IMG/VR virus record: IMGVR_UViG_3300028549_001682
Origin: a virus
Strand: one strand, 5' to 3'
Length of the DNA: 36,910 bases
The translations under genes and the position numbers were made by a program. Within the stretch, counting starts at the first letter, position 1; each line of letters starts with the position of its first letter. Positions 8,617 to 17,044 of this stretch are shown piece by piece. The notes beneath the pieces were generated by a model, which searched no databases, was not told where the DNA came from, and was given only the letters and a program-made list of their open reading frames with translations.

Positions 8617-9366
8617 CTAGAATAAACACATCTGCTGCGTTTCAACTTCAAACCTGCTTTTTGAATCTGCAAAATAATCTTTATCCTTTTCGCAAATCAC
8701 AAATTCAGCAAATTCAAAATAATAAGCCTCAATTGCGGAGCTAAAACTGCCGCCGTGAGTATCTAAAACTTTCATTTTTTTATCAGTAAATCTACTAAAT
8801 ATTCGTTTATAAAGTCGCCTTGGCTTTTGTGTCGGGTGTATTCTTTTTTCAAGTTTTTTATTGTTCCCTTCAACTATTTTACCGTCTCCATCGCTGCCCT
8901 GAAGCATTCCATTCCACAAATATTCAATTTTTCTAACTGAGCTAAATAAATTAGTCCATGCCATTTCACCGTCCGAGAAATCATTTGAGCCGTTTATTTT
9001 ATCCCAGAATATACGCCCTGTTGATGTTGCTTTTTGTTCAAATTGAATATAGTTTTCTCCAAAAATTATTTGTTTTTTTGAAACTCTAAAAAGTTCATTA
9101 AAATATAATTGGTCTGGAAAATTATCATCCCATCCACCGCTTTTATATTCATTAAAAATTAATGATTTTCTACCATTTCTTTTATCAATAGATAATCTAT
9201 GTGTCCCATCTTTTCTAAATGTTCTACCTCTAGTTTTACTTCCATCTTCACCAAGCCCGTAAGGCGGATCAACAATAGCCAAATCAAAATATTTATCTGG
9301 GTATTGCGCCATAATGTCCATGCAATCAGCGTTTATTAATTTAATGTTTCCTTTTGAGTATTCCAT
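8617..9366 (-). CDS. DNA methyltransferase, N6/N4 beta-class (N6_N4_Mtase-like)
   Basis: N-terminal IVDPPYG, then HPTQKP and a C-terminal VLDTHGGSFSS. This is the motif order of beta-group amino-methyltransferases. Confidence 0.85.
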   Translation of the reverse strand: MEYSKGNIKLINADCMDIMAQYPDKYFDLAIVDPPYGLGEDGSKTRGRTFRKDGTHRLSIDKRNGRKSLIFNEYKSGGWDDNFPDQLYFNELFRVSKKQIIFGENYIQFEQKATSTGRIFWDKINGSNDFSDGEMAWTNLFSSVRKIEYLWNGMLQGSDGDGKIVEGNNKKLEKRIHPTQKPRRLYKRIFSRFTDKKMKVLDTHGGSFSSAIEAYYFEFAEFVICEKDKDYFADSKSRFEVETQQMCLF

Positions 9367-9475
9367 GATAAGATATTGATAACACTTTATAGCCGATAAT
9401 TGGCTGGTTTAACTTTATTTCATTTTTATAACTACTTTTGCAGCCAACATACGGCTATAAGTTAGCCGTTATACG

Positions 9476-9694
9476 CTACAAGAACTGCGAATCATCAGCA
9501 GGCTTATAACCAAATTCGATTAAAACTGGTATAAGTTTTTCAAGATGTTCTAAATTCATAAGCCTTCTACTCTTCAAAAAATGGACTAAAGTTTTAGCAG
9601 GTACTTTGGCCTCTTTTTCGAGCATATTTACAGAAAGGCAGCGTTGCCGCCTTTCTGTAAAATAATTTTTTATGTTGGTTAGTTCTGAGTTCAT
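9476..9694 (-). CDS. XRE-like HTH transcriptional regulator
   Basis: 72 aa. LSVNMLEKEAKVPAKTLVHFLKSRR fits the XRE HTH pattern. There is a TAATG overlap with the upstream gene. Confidence 0.5.
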   Translation of the reverse strand: MNSELTNIKNYFTERRQRCLSVNMLEKEAKVPAKTLVHFLKSRRLMNLEHLEKLIPVLIEFGYKPADDSQFL

Positions 9695-10068
9695 TAGTTA
9701 AATCCATTTTCACCGTCATAAATTGCAACCCAATTTTTACGGTCATTAATAACATATTTTTTGCTCCTAAACTCAACTACCATTTTATCCCAGTTGCTAC
9801 CTGTTGCAGTTGCATAGCCATGCTCCAAAACTTTCATTTCTTCACGAAACAATGATGTATCATTCATTGCCTCAAATAAATCTTCGAAATTCTCAATTGA
9901 TTTAAACATTTCTGAAATAAAATGCTTATCATCATTATTATTCAGATTAATTTTTGCATATGTTCTTGATTCATAACCAAAAATAATGTTTGCGTCATAA
10001 AATTTTATGAGTTTTAATTTTTCGTTTAAAGATAATGTTTTCATTTTTATAAGTATTAAGTTTAACAT
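9694..10068 (-). CDS. Hypothetical early protein
   Basis: 124-aa ORF. An alternative ATG at 10044 would give MKTLSL.... This is the first gene after the minus-strand promoter. Confidence 0.6.
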   Translation of the reverse strand: MLNLILIKMKTLSLNEKLKLIKFYDANIIFGYESRTYAKINLNNNDDKHFISEMFKSIENFEDLFEAMNDTSLFREEMKVLEHGYATATGSNWDKMVVEFRSKKYVINDRKNWVAIYDGENGFN

Positions 10069-10088
10069 TTACTTGTTTAATTATGTAC

Positions 10089-10120
10089 CAAAGATAGTAC
10101 TATTTTGTGAATGTACCAAA
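10089..10120 (-). promoter_or_regulatory. Bacteroidota-type promoter for the minus-strand early operon
   Basis: On the minus strand: TTTG (10120..10117), 20 nt, then TATCTTTG (10096..10089). It lies 21 nt upstream of the ATG at 10068. Both boxes sit inside the direct repeat ATGTACCAAA. Confidence 0.5.
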
Positions 10121-10307
10121 CTTTATACAAGTATTTTTAGTTAATAAATGTTAAATATTAATAAATTATTGAATATAAGCGTATAACATTGTTTAACCGA
10201 CCATAAAAAAGAGAATCTTTGTTCTTTCTTTTCTACAAAAATAATAAAAATTACGTAAATTATATAATATATTTTGACGAAAATAAAAAAATGTCGTAAT
10301 TGTGCTT

Positions 10308-10315
10308 TAATTTTG
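10308..10315 (+). promoter_or_regulatory. -7 box (TAATTTTG) upstream of the head module
   Basis: Matches TAnnTTTG 18 nt upstream of the ATG at 10333. No correctly spaced -33 TTTG was seen. Confidence 0.3.
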
Positions 10316-10332
10316 AATAAAAATAGCACAAT

Positions 10333-11451
10333 ATGGCAAAGCCTATCATCCTATATGATGTAATAGATTCAGATTCAGCAAAAAAAATTACTGAAAATAT
10401 TATCGAGCATCCAGAAAATGAACCCCTCGAAATATGGATGAACAGTCCAGGGGGATCGGTTTCTGCTGGCTGGTCAATCCTTGCTGCACTTCAAAAAAAT
10501 CGAGGCAAAAAGAACATTACAGTTATGGGCGATGCTTCCAGCTTTGCTTTTTTCATGCTTCTTTTTTCAGATAAAAATATTGCTTATGACACTTCAAATT
10601 TTCTAATTCATAGGGCTGCAAGCTTTTTGGAAGAATTAATGAATGATGACGAGCTAAAGGATATTGAAGAAAGAAATAATATTTTAAGATCAAAACTAGA
10701 AAACAGAATAGACCAGCAAAAATTCATTTCTGTAACAGGAAAAACATTTGACGAAATCTTTTCAATGGAAAACAGAATTGATGTTAGGTTAAATGCAATG
10801 CAAGCAAAAGAAATCGGATTGATTGATGAGGTTATCAAATTGGATGTAAAAAAGCGTAAAGATTTAGATTTAAAATATTTCATGGACATAGCCGCTTTGG
10901 CTGGTTCTGAAAATCAAGTTAATATTAATTTAAAAAATGAGAAAATGGGAAAATTAACCGATTTAATTTTCGGAGAGAAAGAGCCTGTTTTAATTGCTAA
11001 GATTGGTGACAGCCAATTTGTATACTCAAAACTAGAAGCTGGCGCGAAAGTTAAGGCTATCGGTAGCGATGTAAAGGCAATTTCAGGGACTTTTGAATCT
11101 GAAAACAAACAAATTACGGTTGTTGAAAATGAAATCACTGCCGTTAAGGATTTGGATTTGAATGCAAAGAAAATTGAAACATTGGAAGCTTCAATAGCTG
11201 AAATGAAGAAAAATCAAGTTACAGCAGAGGACATAAAAGAAGTTTTTGAAAAATTTGCAGAAAAACAAAATGCCGAAATTTCGGCTATTAAGGATGCCTT
11301 GGCCTCTGCAAAGTTATCGGTTTCAAAACCTAAGCTGCCAGAAGGTGAATTTGTTAACGAACCTGTAAAGGATTCAATGACTGTGGCCGAGCGAATTATT
11401 GCCGCCCAACAAAAAAAATATGAAGAAAACTTAAAGAATAGGGGGATCTAA
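10333..11451 (+). CDS. Prohead protease (ClpP/S14 family) fused to a scaffold-like C-terminal domain
   Basis: Motifs are NSPGGSVSAGWSILAAL, GDASSFAF (Ser nucleophile context) and LIHRA (His). The C-terminal half is an E/K-rich coiled coil. Confidence 0.85.
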   Translation: MAKPIILYDVIDSDSAKKITENIIEHPENEPLEIWMNSPGGSVSAGWSILAALQKNRGKKNITVMGDASSFAFFMLLFSDKNIAYDTSNFLIHRAASFLEELMNDDELKDIEERNNILRSKLENRIDQQKFISVTGKTFDEIFSMENRIDVRLNAMQAKEIGLIDEVIKLDVKKRKDLDLKYFMDIAALAGSENQVNINLKNEKMGKLTDLIFGEKEPVLIAKIGDSQFVYSKLEAGAKVKAIGSDVKAISGTFESENKQITVVENEITAVKDLDLNAKKIETLEASIAEMKKNQVTAEDIKEVFEKFAEKQNAEISAIKDALASAKLSVSKPKLPEGEFVNEPVKDSMTVAERIIAAQQKKYEENLKNRGI

Positions 11452-11454
11452 AAA

Positions 11455-12405
11455 ATGGCAGATACTTTCGTAAGCACAAATTATAATGGTGAACTGGATG
11501 AATACCTGTATAAGGTATTAGGACTTGGTGCGCAAACCGCAGAAAAAGGTGGCTATCACCTTATACCAGACGTTAACATGAAACAGGAATTGGATTTCGT
11601 TGAAACTACAGAAGATCCGATGACTGATTATACAGACGACACCCCGTCAACTGGAGCGACTGCAACTACTATGAAAAAAAGGGAATTAAGCCCTTTAAAA
11701 TTCACAGTTTGGGGCCAAATTACCCCTTCAGCATGGTTGCCAATTTGGAGAAAATACCGTTCAATTGGAACATTGACACAATTGAGTGCAAATCCACAGT
11801 TTTTAAGGGATGTTTTTGAACTTGTGAAAAATGCAAGTGCAAGGCAATTGGATAAATTATTTTGGCAAGGTGATACAACAGCCGGAGCAGCATCTCCACT
11901 TAGATTTTTCGATGGTATTATCAAAAAACTTGAGGCTGATTCTGATTCAAACGTTATTTTCATAACACCCGCAGGAACTATCACGAAAAGCAATATTGTT
12001 TCAATTTTGGAAGCTTTTTACGCCGCTATTCCAAACAAGTTTTTTGATGATCCAGATTTCAGAATCCACATGAATACAGGTGATTTCAAGTTGTTGCAAT
12101 ATTTCAACAACGATGTGAAAAAAACTACATTCGGAGTTTTGGATCAGACTATCAGCCGTTTGTTTTTGGAAAAAAGAATCGAACATTTCAATAACATTCC
12201 AGCTTCTAAGATTGTTGGTGCAAAGACTTCAAGCGCAGCGAACTCTAACCTTGTGCTTGGAATGTATGCTTCTTTGGAATCTGAATTGATGGGACTGAAA
12301 ATTGAGAAAAAAGACCTTTCAAACATTACCAGATACCGTTTTGACGGAATGGCAGATACTCAATACCGATTTGGTGGCGACATTGTTTATTATAAACCAG
12401 TTTAA
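11455..12405 (+). CDS. Major capsid protein (putative HK97-fold)
   Basis: 316-aa ORF directly after the protease/scaffold gene. The call rests on position and size only. Confidence 0.7.
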   Translation: MADTFVSTNYNGELDEYLYKVLGLGAQTAEKGGYHLIPDVNMKQELDFVETTEDPMTDYTDDTPSTGATATTMKKRELSPLKFTVWGQITPSAWLPIWRKYRSIGTLTQLSANPQFLRDVFELVKNASARQLDKLFWQGDTTAGAASPLRFFDGIIKKLEADSDSNVIFITPAGTITKSNIVSILEAFYAAIPNKFFDDPDFRIHMNTGDFKLLQYFNNDVKKTTFGVLDQTISRLFLEKRIEHFNNIPASKIVGAKTSSAANSNLVLGMYASLESELMGLKIEKKDLSNITRYRFDGMADTQYRFGGDIVYYKPV

Positions 12406-12421
12406 TTAGGAGGATTTAATT

Positions 12422-12784
12422 ATGTTTAGAAATCAAAATTTCGCAGCCCAAACCCTTACAAATGCTGGTGTTATTTATCTTAATCCGATTCATAACTTAG
12501 AAAGTATTTTTGAAGGTTCTATTATTTTTACCGTAAAAGGGACAAAAGCAACTGGCACTTATTCACTTAGCGCACAATTGCAGGGCTCAAATAGTGCAGA
12601 TTTTTCAACTGGAGTTGTTGATTTAGGATCAGCCGTAACACCTGCTGACACCGTTGTCGGAGAGGTTCCATTATCAGGAAATTCTTTGAATTATGCATTT
12701 TACAGAGTTGCAATAACTGGTAGTGGTACTCAGTCTACTAGCGTCATTGGTACTTACACAGCAAAAGGAAAGGACAACGTATGA
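12422..12784 (+). CDS. Hypothetical head-associated protein
   Basis: 120-aa ORF preceded by AGGAGG (12408..12413) with an 8-nt spacer. Confidence 0.6.
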   Translation: MFRNQNFAAQTLTNAGVIYLNPIHNLESIFEGSIIFTVKGTKATGTYSLSAQLQGSNSADFSTGVVDLGSAVTPADTVVGEVPLSGNSLNYAFYRVAITGSGTQSTSVIGTYTAKGKDNV

Positions 12785-13365
12785 GCTGTATAATTAATTC
12801 AGGTTCATTGCTAACATGCGATGATCCCCCAATTGGGGGGGTACAGAATTTTGTTATTTTGTACAATTATGAAGAATGGCGTGAAATGGTAGATTCTGGA
12901 CTTAATGTAATTAGGGATTCAGATGGTACTATTTCGGACATTGTGAATTTAACTGGAATAAAAGGGTACAGATTTGATGTTCCGGACGAAACTGCTTTAA
13001 TACTTGGTTCACCTGACAGGCTTGTTGACGGTGGATTGGATGGCTACGACCACAGTGTTTCTATGTCTATTTTGCGGACAAAACAAACTCAAAAAAATAT
13101 TGTCAAAGCGATGTCTTTCGGGAAAGTTGTGGCCGTTGTTTTCAAGAAAAACGGAACTGGTGAGGTATATGGAGATGAGCAGGGCTTAAAACCGAGTTCA
13201 AACACATACAATCCAAACGATCCATCGAAAGGATCTGTTATTCCTGTAGTTTTAGTAACTTCTCCAAGAACCAGCCCAGAAAACCGTATGCCAGTTGATA
13301 TTTTCAAAACTGATATATCTACTACTAAGGCATTGATTGAAGGACTTGTAATTGTTGGAACTTAA
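12781..13365 (+). CDS. Hypothetical structural protein
   Basis: 194-aa ORF with an ATGA overlap to the upstream gene. Confidence 0.6.
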   Translation: MSCIINSGSLLTCDDPPIGGVQNFVILYNYEEWREMVDSGLNVIRDSDGTISDIVNLTGIKGYRFDVPDETALILGSPDRLVDGGLDGYDHSVSMSILRTKQTQKNIVKAMSFGKVVAVVFKKNGTGEVYGDEQGLKPSSNTYNPNDPSKGSVIPVVLVTSPRTSPENRMPVDIFKTDISTTKALIEGLVIVGT

Positions 13366-13375
13366 TATTTTTGAT

Positions 13376-13585
13376 ATGGCAAAACATAAGCAAAAAGAAG
13401 AAATTCAAGAAAATGAGTTTGACCAAAATGAAGTTTCTGGATATATCGTAAGAGATGATTTAGGATTTGAGAAAAGAAATTATTTTATTGATGGACAAAA
13501 AATCCTTCTTGAGGCTGGAAAGCCAGTTTCAAATGAAATTTACAATCTTTTTTCAGATTATTGCAAAGAAATATTTTTCAAATAG
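13376..13585 (+). CDS. Hypothetical protein
   Basis: The track ORF begins at a TTG (13352) inside the previous gene. The first ATG, at 13376, gives MAKHKQKEE... (69 aa). Confidence 0.45.
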   Translation: MAKHKQKEEIQENEFDQNEVSGYIVRDDLGFEKRNYFIDGQKILLEAGKPVSNEIYNLFSDYCKEIFFK

Positions 13586-13602
13586 TTTTTAATTTGTTGC
13601 TC

Positions 13603-13634
13603 AAAAAGCCCGTCCATCATGGGCGGGCTTTTTT
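13603..13634 (+). terminator. Rho-independent terminator
   Basis: A 9-bp stem AGCCCGTCC/GGGCGGGCT (13607..13615 / 13621..13629) has a 5-nt loop, an A-run before it and a T-run to 13634. Confidence 0.8.
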
Positions 13635-13652
13635 AATTAAAACAAAACCAAA

Positions 13653-15206
13653 ATGTCAGAATTAACAGGAAAATTCAACACGGATCAAGATTCAGGAGAC
13701 GAAAGAAAACCACAAATTCAGGTAAATAGCCTGGATTATTTGGTATCAGTCGACCGGATTTCTACATATAGGAGCGAAGCACAAGGGATATACCTATATG
13801 GAGCAGATAACAACTATCCCAGAAAAATTATGCAATCCGCTGATAGGAGTAATTCACTTGTAACCGCAAGAAACAAGCAATCACAATTTATTCAGGGTCT
13901 TGGCTTTCAGGGCGCAACTTCAATTGATGTCAAAAACGGAACAGCCATAAAAATAAACACAAAAGGACAAACTTTGTACGATCTTTTGAAATTTTGTGCA
14001 GAGCAAAAGGCAAACATCAATATAGCCATCCATGTCAATTATAATGCTTTAGGTGAGGCTGTAGAATTTACGCCAGTTCAATATGATTTTGTGAGACGAA
14101 AAATCAAAATGCAAAATGATGAGTATATAAAGTATATAATAACGAACATTTGGCATTTAGAAAATGACTATTCAAATTTTAATTACGCGTCCAAAATAAT
14201 GAAACTAAATGCATGGATGGAAAATAAGGAGAAATCAATTGATTTCGTCGCCTTAGAATGTTTTAATTATAATCCGGATCCTGCAATTGTTCGAAAACAA
14301 ATTAAGTTGAGCGGGGGCATTGAAAATTATTCTGGACAATTGTTCTACATGAAGAGAACAGAAGATATATACCAAAAGGCTGTATATGATTCGGTTGCGG
14401 ACAAATTCCAGTTTTTGTCCGAATGTGATTTGGCAAGTTTGAGCAATATCCAAAATGGCTATTCCGTATCAGGCATATTGAAATATCTAGGGTCAGCAAC
14501 TGGCACAAAGGAGCTGGAAGAAATGAAACGTAAAGTAAACCAGACAAAAGGCGCTGTAAATACTGGCCGTGTTATTACAGTCCCAATTCCCCAAAATGCT
14601 GATAACAATATACCAACGAATTTATTTGAGCCTACACAAATGCAAAATATAGATAGGCTTTATGATTTGCAGTCACAAAAAGCCGAATCTGGTATACAAC
14701 AATTGTACTCAATTCCAAACAGCTTAATTGGTAAGGATACCGAGGGAAATTTCGCTACTCAAAAAATGGAAGAGGCTTTTGATTTCTATAATTCAGTTAC
14801 TGAGCAGTTAAGACAAGAACTAGAAATCGAACTAACAACTTTGTTTACAAATTCGATTTTTGCAAATCAGATAAAATTGCCTATCGAGATTGAGCCTTTA
14901 CAGTTCAATACCTATACAAAAAAAGAAGCAGATAAGGACGAAAATGAGGCATTGAGGGCACAAAGTCAGGCACAATTAAAAGGGACTGTTGGGGGTGTGC
15001 AAGGTGTTTTAGCTATACAATCAAGCGTTTCTTCTGGAACTACTCAATATGAAGCTGGTGTTGAAATCCTTATAGATATATATGGTTACAGTGATGAACA
15101 GGCACGTAAAATTTTAGGTAAACCAATTCAGAATTTTTCAAAAGGAGATCAAAAAGTAGACGAAAAAACTAAAACAAATCAAGATGATACTGATAACAAT
15201 CAATGA
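13653..15206 (+). CDS. Putative portal protein
   Basis: 517 aa, located in the head block. This is a size and position argument only; I recognised no diagnostic motif. Confidence 0.5.
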   Translation: MSELTGKFNTDQDSGDERKPQIQVNSLDYLVSVDRISTYRSEAQGIYLYGADNNYPRKIMQSADRSNSLVTARNKQSQFIQGLGFQGATSIDVKNGTAIKINTKGQTLYDLLKFCAEQKANINIAIHVNYNALGEAVEFTPVQYDFVRRKIKMQNDEYIKYIITNIWHLENDYSNFNYASKIMKLNAWMENKEKSIDFVALECFNYNPDPAIVRKQIKLSGGIENYSGQLFYMKRTEDIYQKAVYDSVADKFQFLSECDLASLSNIQNGYSVSGILKYLGSATGTKELEEMKRKVNQTKGAVNTGRVITVPIPQNADNNIPTNLFEPTQMQNIDRLYDLQSQKAESGIQQLYSIPNSLIGKDTEGNFATQKMEEAFDFYNSVTEQLRQELEIELTTLFTNSIFANQIKLPIEIEPLQFNTYTKKEADKDENEALRAQSQAQLKGTVGGVQGVLAIQSSVSSGTTQYEAGVEILIDIYGYSDEQARKILGKPIQNFSKGDQKVDEKTKTNQDDTDNNQ

Positions 15207-15909
15207 TGTAAGAAAATATAGGCAACTTGGGAAGCAATTGAATGATGAGAATTTTTCTGGCCGTGTTTTGGAAATTCAAGAAAATGAATTGACAGAATTA
15301 TTGGGAAAACCGCTATCTTATGATTTATTCAATTATCTTGAAACTGGATGGAATGCACAAGCAGGAACTTTTACCCGGATTTCAGATACACAATTTAGGG
15401 CGGAATCGATTGATCTGACAGCGTGGTTAGATTACGCAATACGTATTAATGAAGATACCTTTGTGGTTGTAAAAGATGCTGTACTTGATACAACGGATAC
15501 TATCCTAACAATAGAAGGATATGTTTTGCCGACATTGTTAACTACTATTGAATTTAAGGTTGTTAATAATTATGTGAAGCTCTTAAACGGAACTGATTAT
15601 ATACTTGATTCAAAAACTATCCGTTTCAATGGATTGAGAGGTTTCATAATTTGGAAGTTTCTGGCCGTTTTTCTGGCGGACGGGAATGTTAAACAATCAG
15701 ATGTTGGTAATTTTTCAATAGCAAGCCCAAATTTTAGGGAACCTCAAGGCGGCTCAATAACAGCTGCAAAGTCAATCTATCTGCAAAATTCGATAAGGGA
15801 AGAAAACAATATTTGTGAATTTTTGAACGATAATAATACATTATACCCACTTTGGGAGCAAAAAATTGATAATCAGAATATAATGAATTACGATTTCATT
15901 GTGATTTGA
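15184..15909 (+). CDS. Hypothetical head/connector-associated protein
   Basis: 241-aa ORF that overlaps the end of the portal ORF by 23 nt. Confidence 0.55.
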   Translation: MILITINDVRKYRQLGKQLNDENFSGRVLEIQENELTELLGKPLSYDLFNYLETGWNAQAGTFTRISDTQFRAESIDLTAWLDYAIRINEDTFVVVKDAVLDTTDTILTIEGYVLPTLLTTIEFKVVNNYVKLLNGTDYILDSKTIRFNGLRGFIIWKFLAVFLADGNVKQSDVGNFSIASPNFREPQGGSITAAKSIYLQNSIREENNICEFLNDNNTLYPLWEQKIDNQNIMNYDFIVI

Positions 15910-15950
15910 GTTTTGGTTTGTAATTTGTTTTATTAGTCTTTTTTGGTTTT

Positions 15951-15977
15951 AGCCCGGATTAGTTCCGGGCTTTTTTT
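15951..15977 (+). terminator. Rho-independent terminator
   Basis: A 7-bp stem AGCCCGG/CCGGGCT (15951..15957 / 15965..15971) has a 7-nt loop and is followed by T7. Confidence 0.8.
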
Positions 15978-16046
15978 GTTTATAGTGGTTAAACATGATA
16001 AAAGTCATATTATAATATAGTAAATAAATACAAACACAATAAAACA

Positions 16047-16463
16047 TCAATCCATTTGCAGTGCTTTTTTAATCCCAAAATAGTAACTTTTTTGGGCTAT
16101 TTTCATAAGGTTAATTCTTTTTGATTTCGGGCAATATCTTTTGCACAAATCTATGTGTTTATTATAGCTTATCCTTAGAATCGAATCAGCTTGCATTTCG
16201 GAAAGTGGAACAGGTATTTTGCCGTTAAAAAATTTCAATCTTTGGCCGTATCCTATGCATTCATATCCGAAATCATCATAAATATTTGCACGGTATCCTT
16301 CGCGAATTTTTATTTCTGCAATTATTTTCTCGAAATTATCAGTATAGATTTTATCAATTCTTTCTATTTTATTGATCCTGTTTATTTTCTTTGCTGGTGT
16401 TATTATCTTTGCGCTATCAAAATGAATAAATAAAATCAGGATTAAAAATATTGTTTTTTTCAT
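16047..16463 (-). CDS. Secreted GH24 (T4-type) lysozyme-like endolysin
   Basis: It has an N-terminal hydrophobic signal (MKKTIFLILILFIHF). The catalytic region EGYRANIYDDFGYECIGYGQ matches the T4 lysozyme E-x8-D-x5-T region pattern, with Cys in the Thr position. Confidence 0.7.
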   Translation of the reverse strand: MKKTIFLILILFIHFDSAKIITPAKKINRINKIERIDKIYTDNFEKIIAEIKIREGYRANIYDDFGYECIGYGQRLKFFNGKIPVPLSEMQADSILRISYNKHIDLCKRYCPKSKRINLMKIAQKSYYFGIKKALQMD

Positions 16464-16486
16464 TTTAAAAAATTAAAATCCAAAAT

Positions 16487-16819
16487 ATGAACAAATTTAA
16501 GGCAAAAAAAGTAATAATTGACGGGATTACATTTGACTCAATCAAAGAAGGCAATTATTATACTCAATTGAAAATACAGAAAAATGCAACAAAACCACAA
16601 AAAAAGGTTATTGAAATCAATTTACACCCAAGATTTGATATAATTATCAACAAAAAAAAGATAGGCTTTTATAAGGCAGATTTTGAGGTTTTATTTGAGG
16701 ACGGGCATAAAGAAGTAATTGATGTAAAAGGATGCAGAAAAGGATGCGCATATCAATTGTTTGCGCTTAAAAAGAAATTAGTTGAAGCCTTGTATAATAT
16801 TGAGATAATTGAGAAATAA
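16487..16819 (+). CDS. DUF1064-family protein
   Basis: NKFKAKKVIIDGITFDSIKEGNYY...LHPRF...YKADFEVLFEDGHKEVIDVKG fits the DUF1064 pattern as I recall it. Confidence 0.65.
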   Translation: MNKFKAKKVIIDGITFDSIKEGNYYTQLKIQKNATKPQKKVIEINLHPRFDIIINKKKIGFYKADFEVLFEDGHKEVIDVKGCRKGCAYQLFALKKKLVEALYNIEIIEK

Positions 16820-16905
16820 AAAAACAGGCTGCAAATCGGTAAAAACAGCATGTTTAGTATATAATTAAAGCATTATTGATAAAGTCAGATCCGATTTATT
16901 TTTCT

Positions 16906-17043
16906 TTACATGAAACTGCCGTTTGTTTCATCAGCATCATCAATTTCACGTTTTTTCTCAATTACCACAAGCCCGGCGAATAGCAATATAAAGCTTATCA
17001 AACCTGCTATATAAAGTACTGTATCAAATGTTTCTTTTTCCAT
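16906..17043 (-). CDS. Possible small single-pass membrane protein (45 aa)
   Basis: Hand translation gives MEKETFDTVLYIAGLISFILLFAGLVVIEKKREIDDADETNGSFM. It starts 2 nt after the stop of the upstream gene. Confidence 0.4.
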   Translation of the reverse strand: MEKETFDTVLYIAGLISFILLFAGLVVIEKKREIDDADETNGSFM

Positions 17044-17044
17044 G

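Noticed and set aside
16823-16854. An imperfect hairpin, AACAGGCTG ... CAGCATGTT, between the convergent DUF1064 gene and the small TM ORF, as a possible bidirectional terminator.
   Set aside because: The 9-bp stem has one mismatch, the loop is 14 nt, and there is no flanking T-run or A-run. The evidence is too weak to call.
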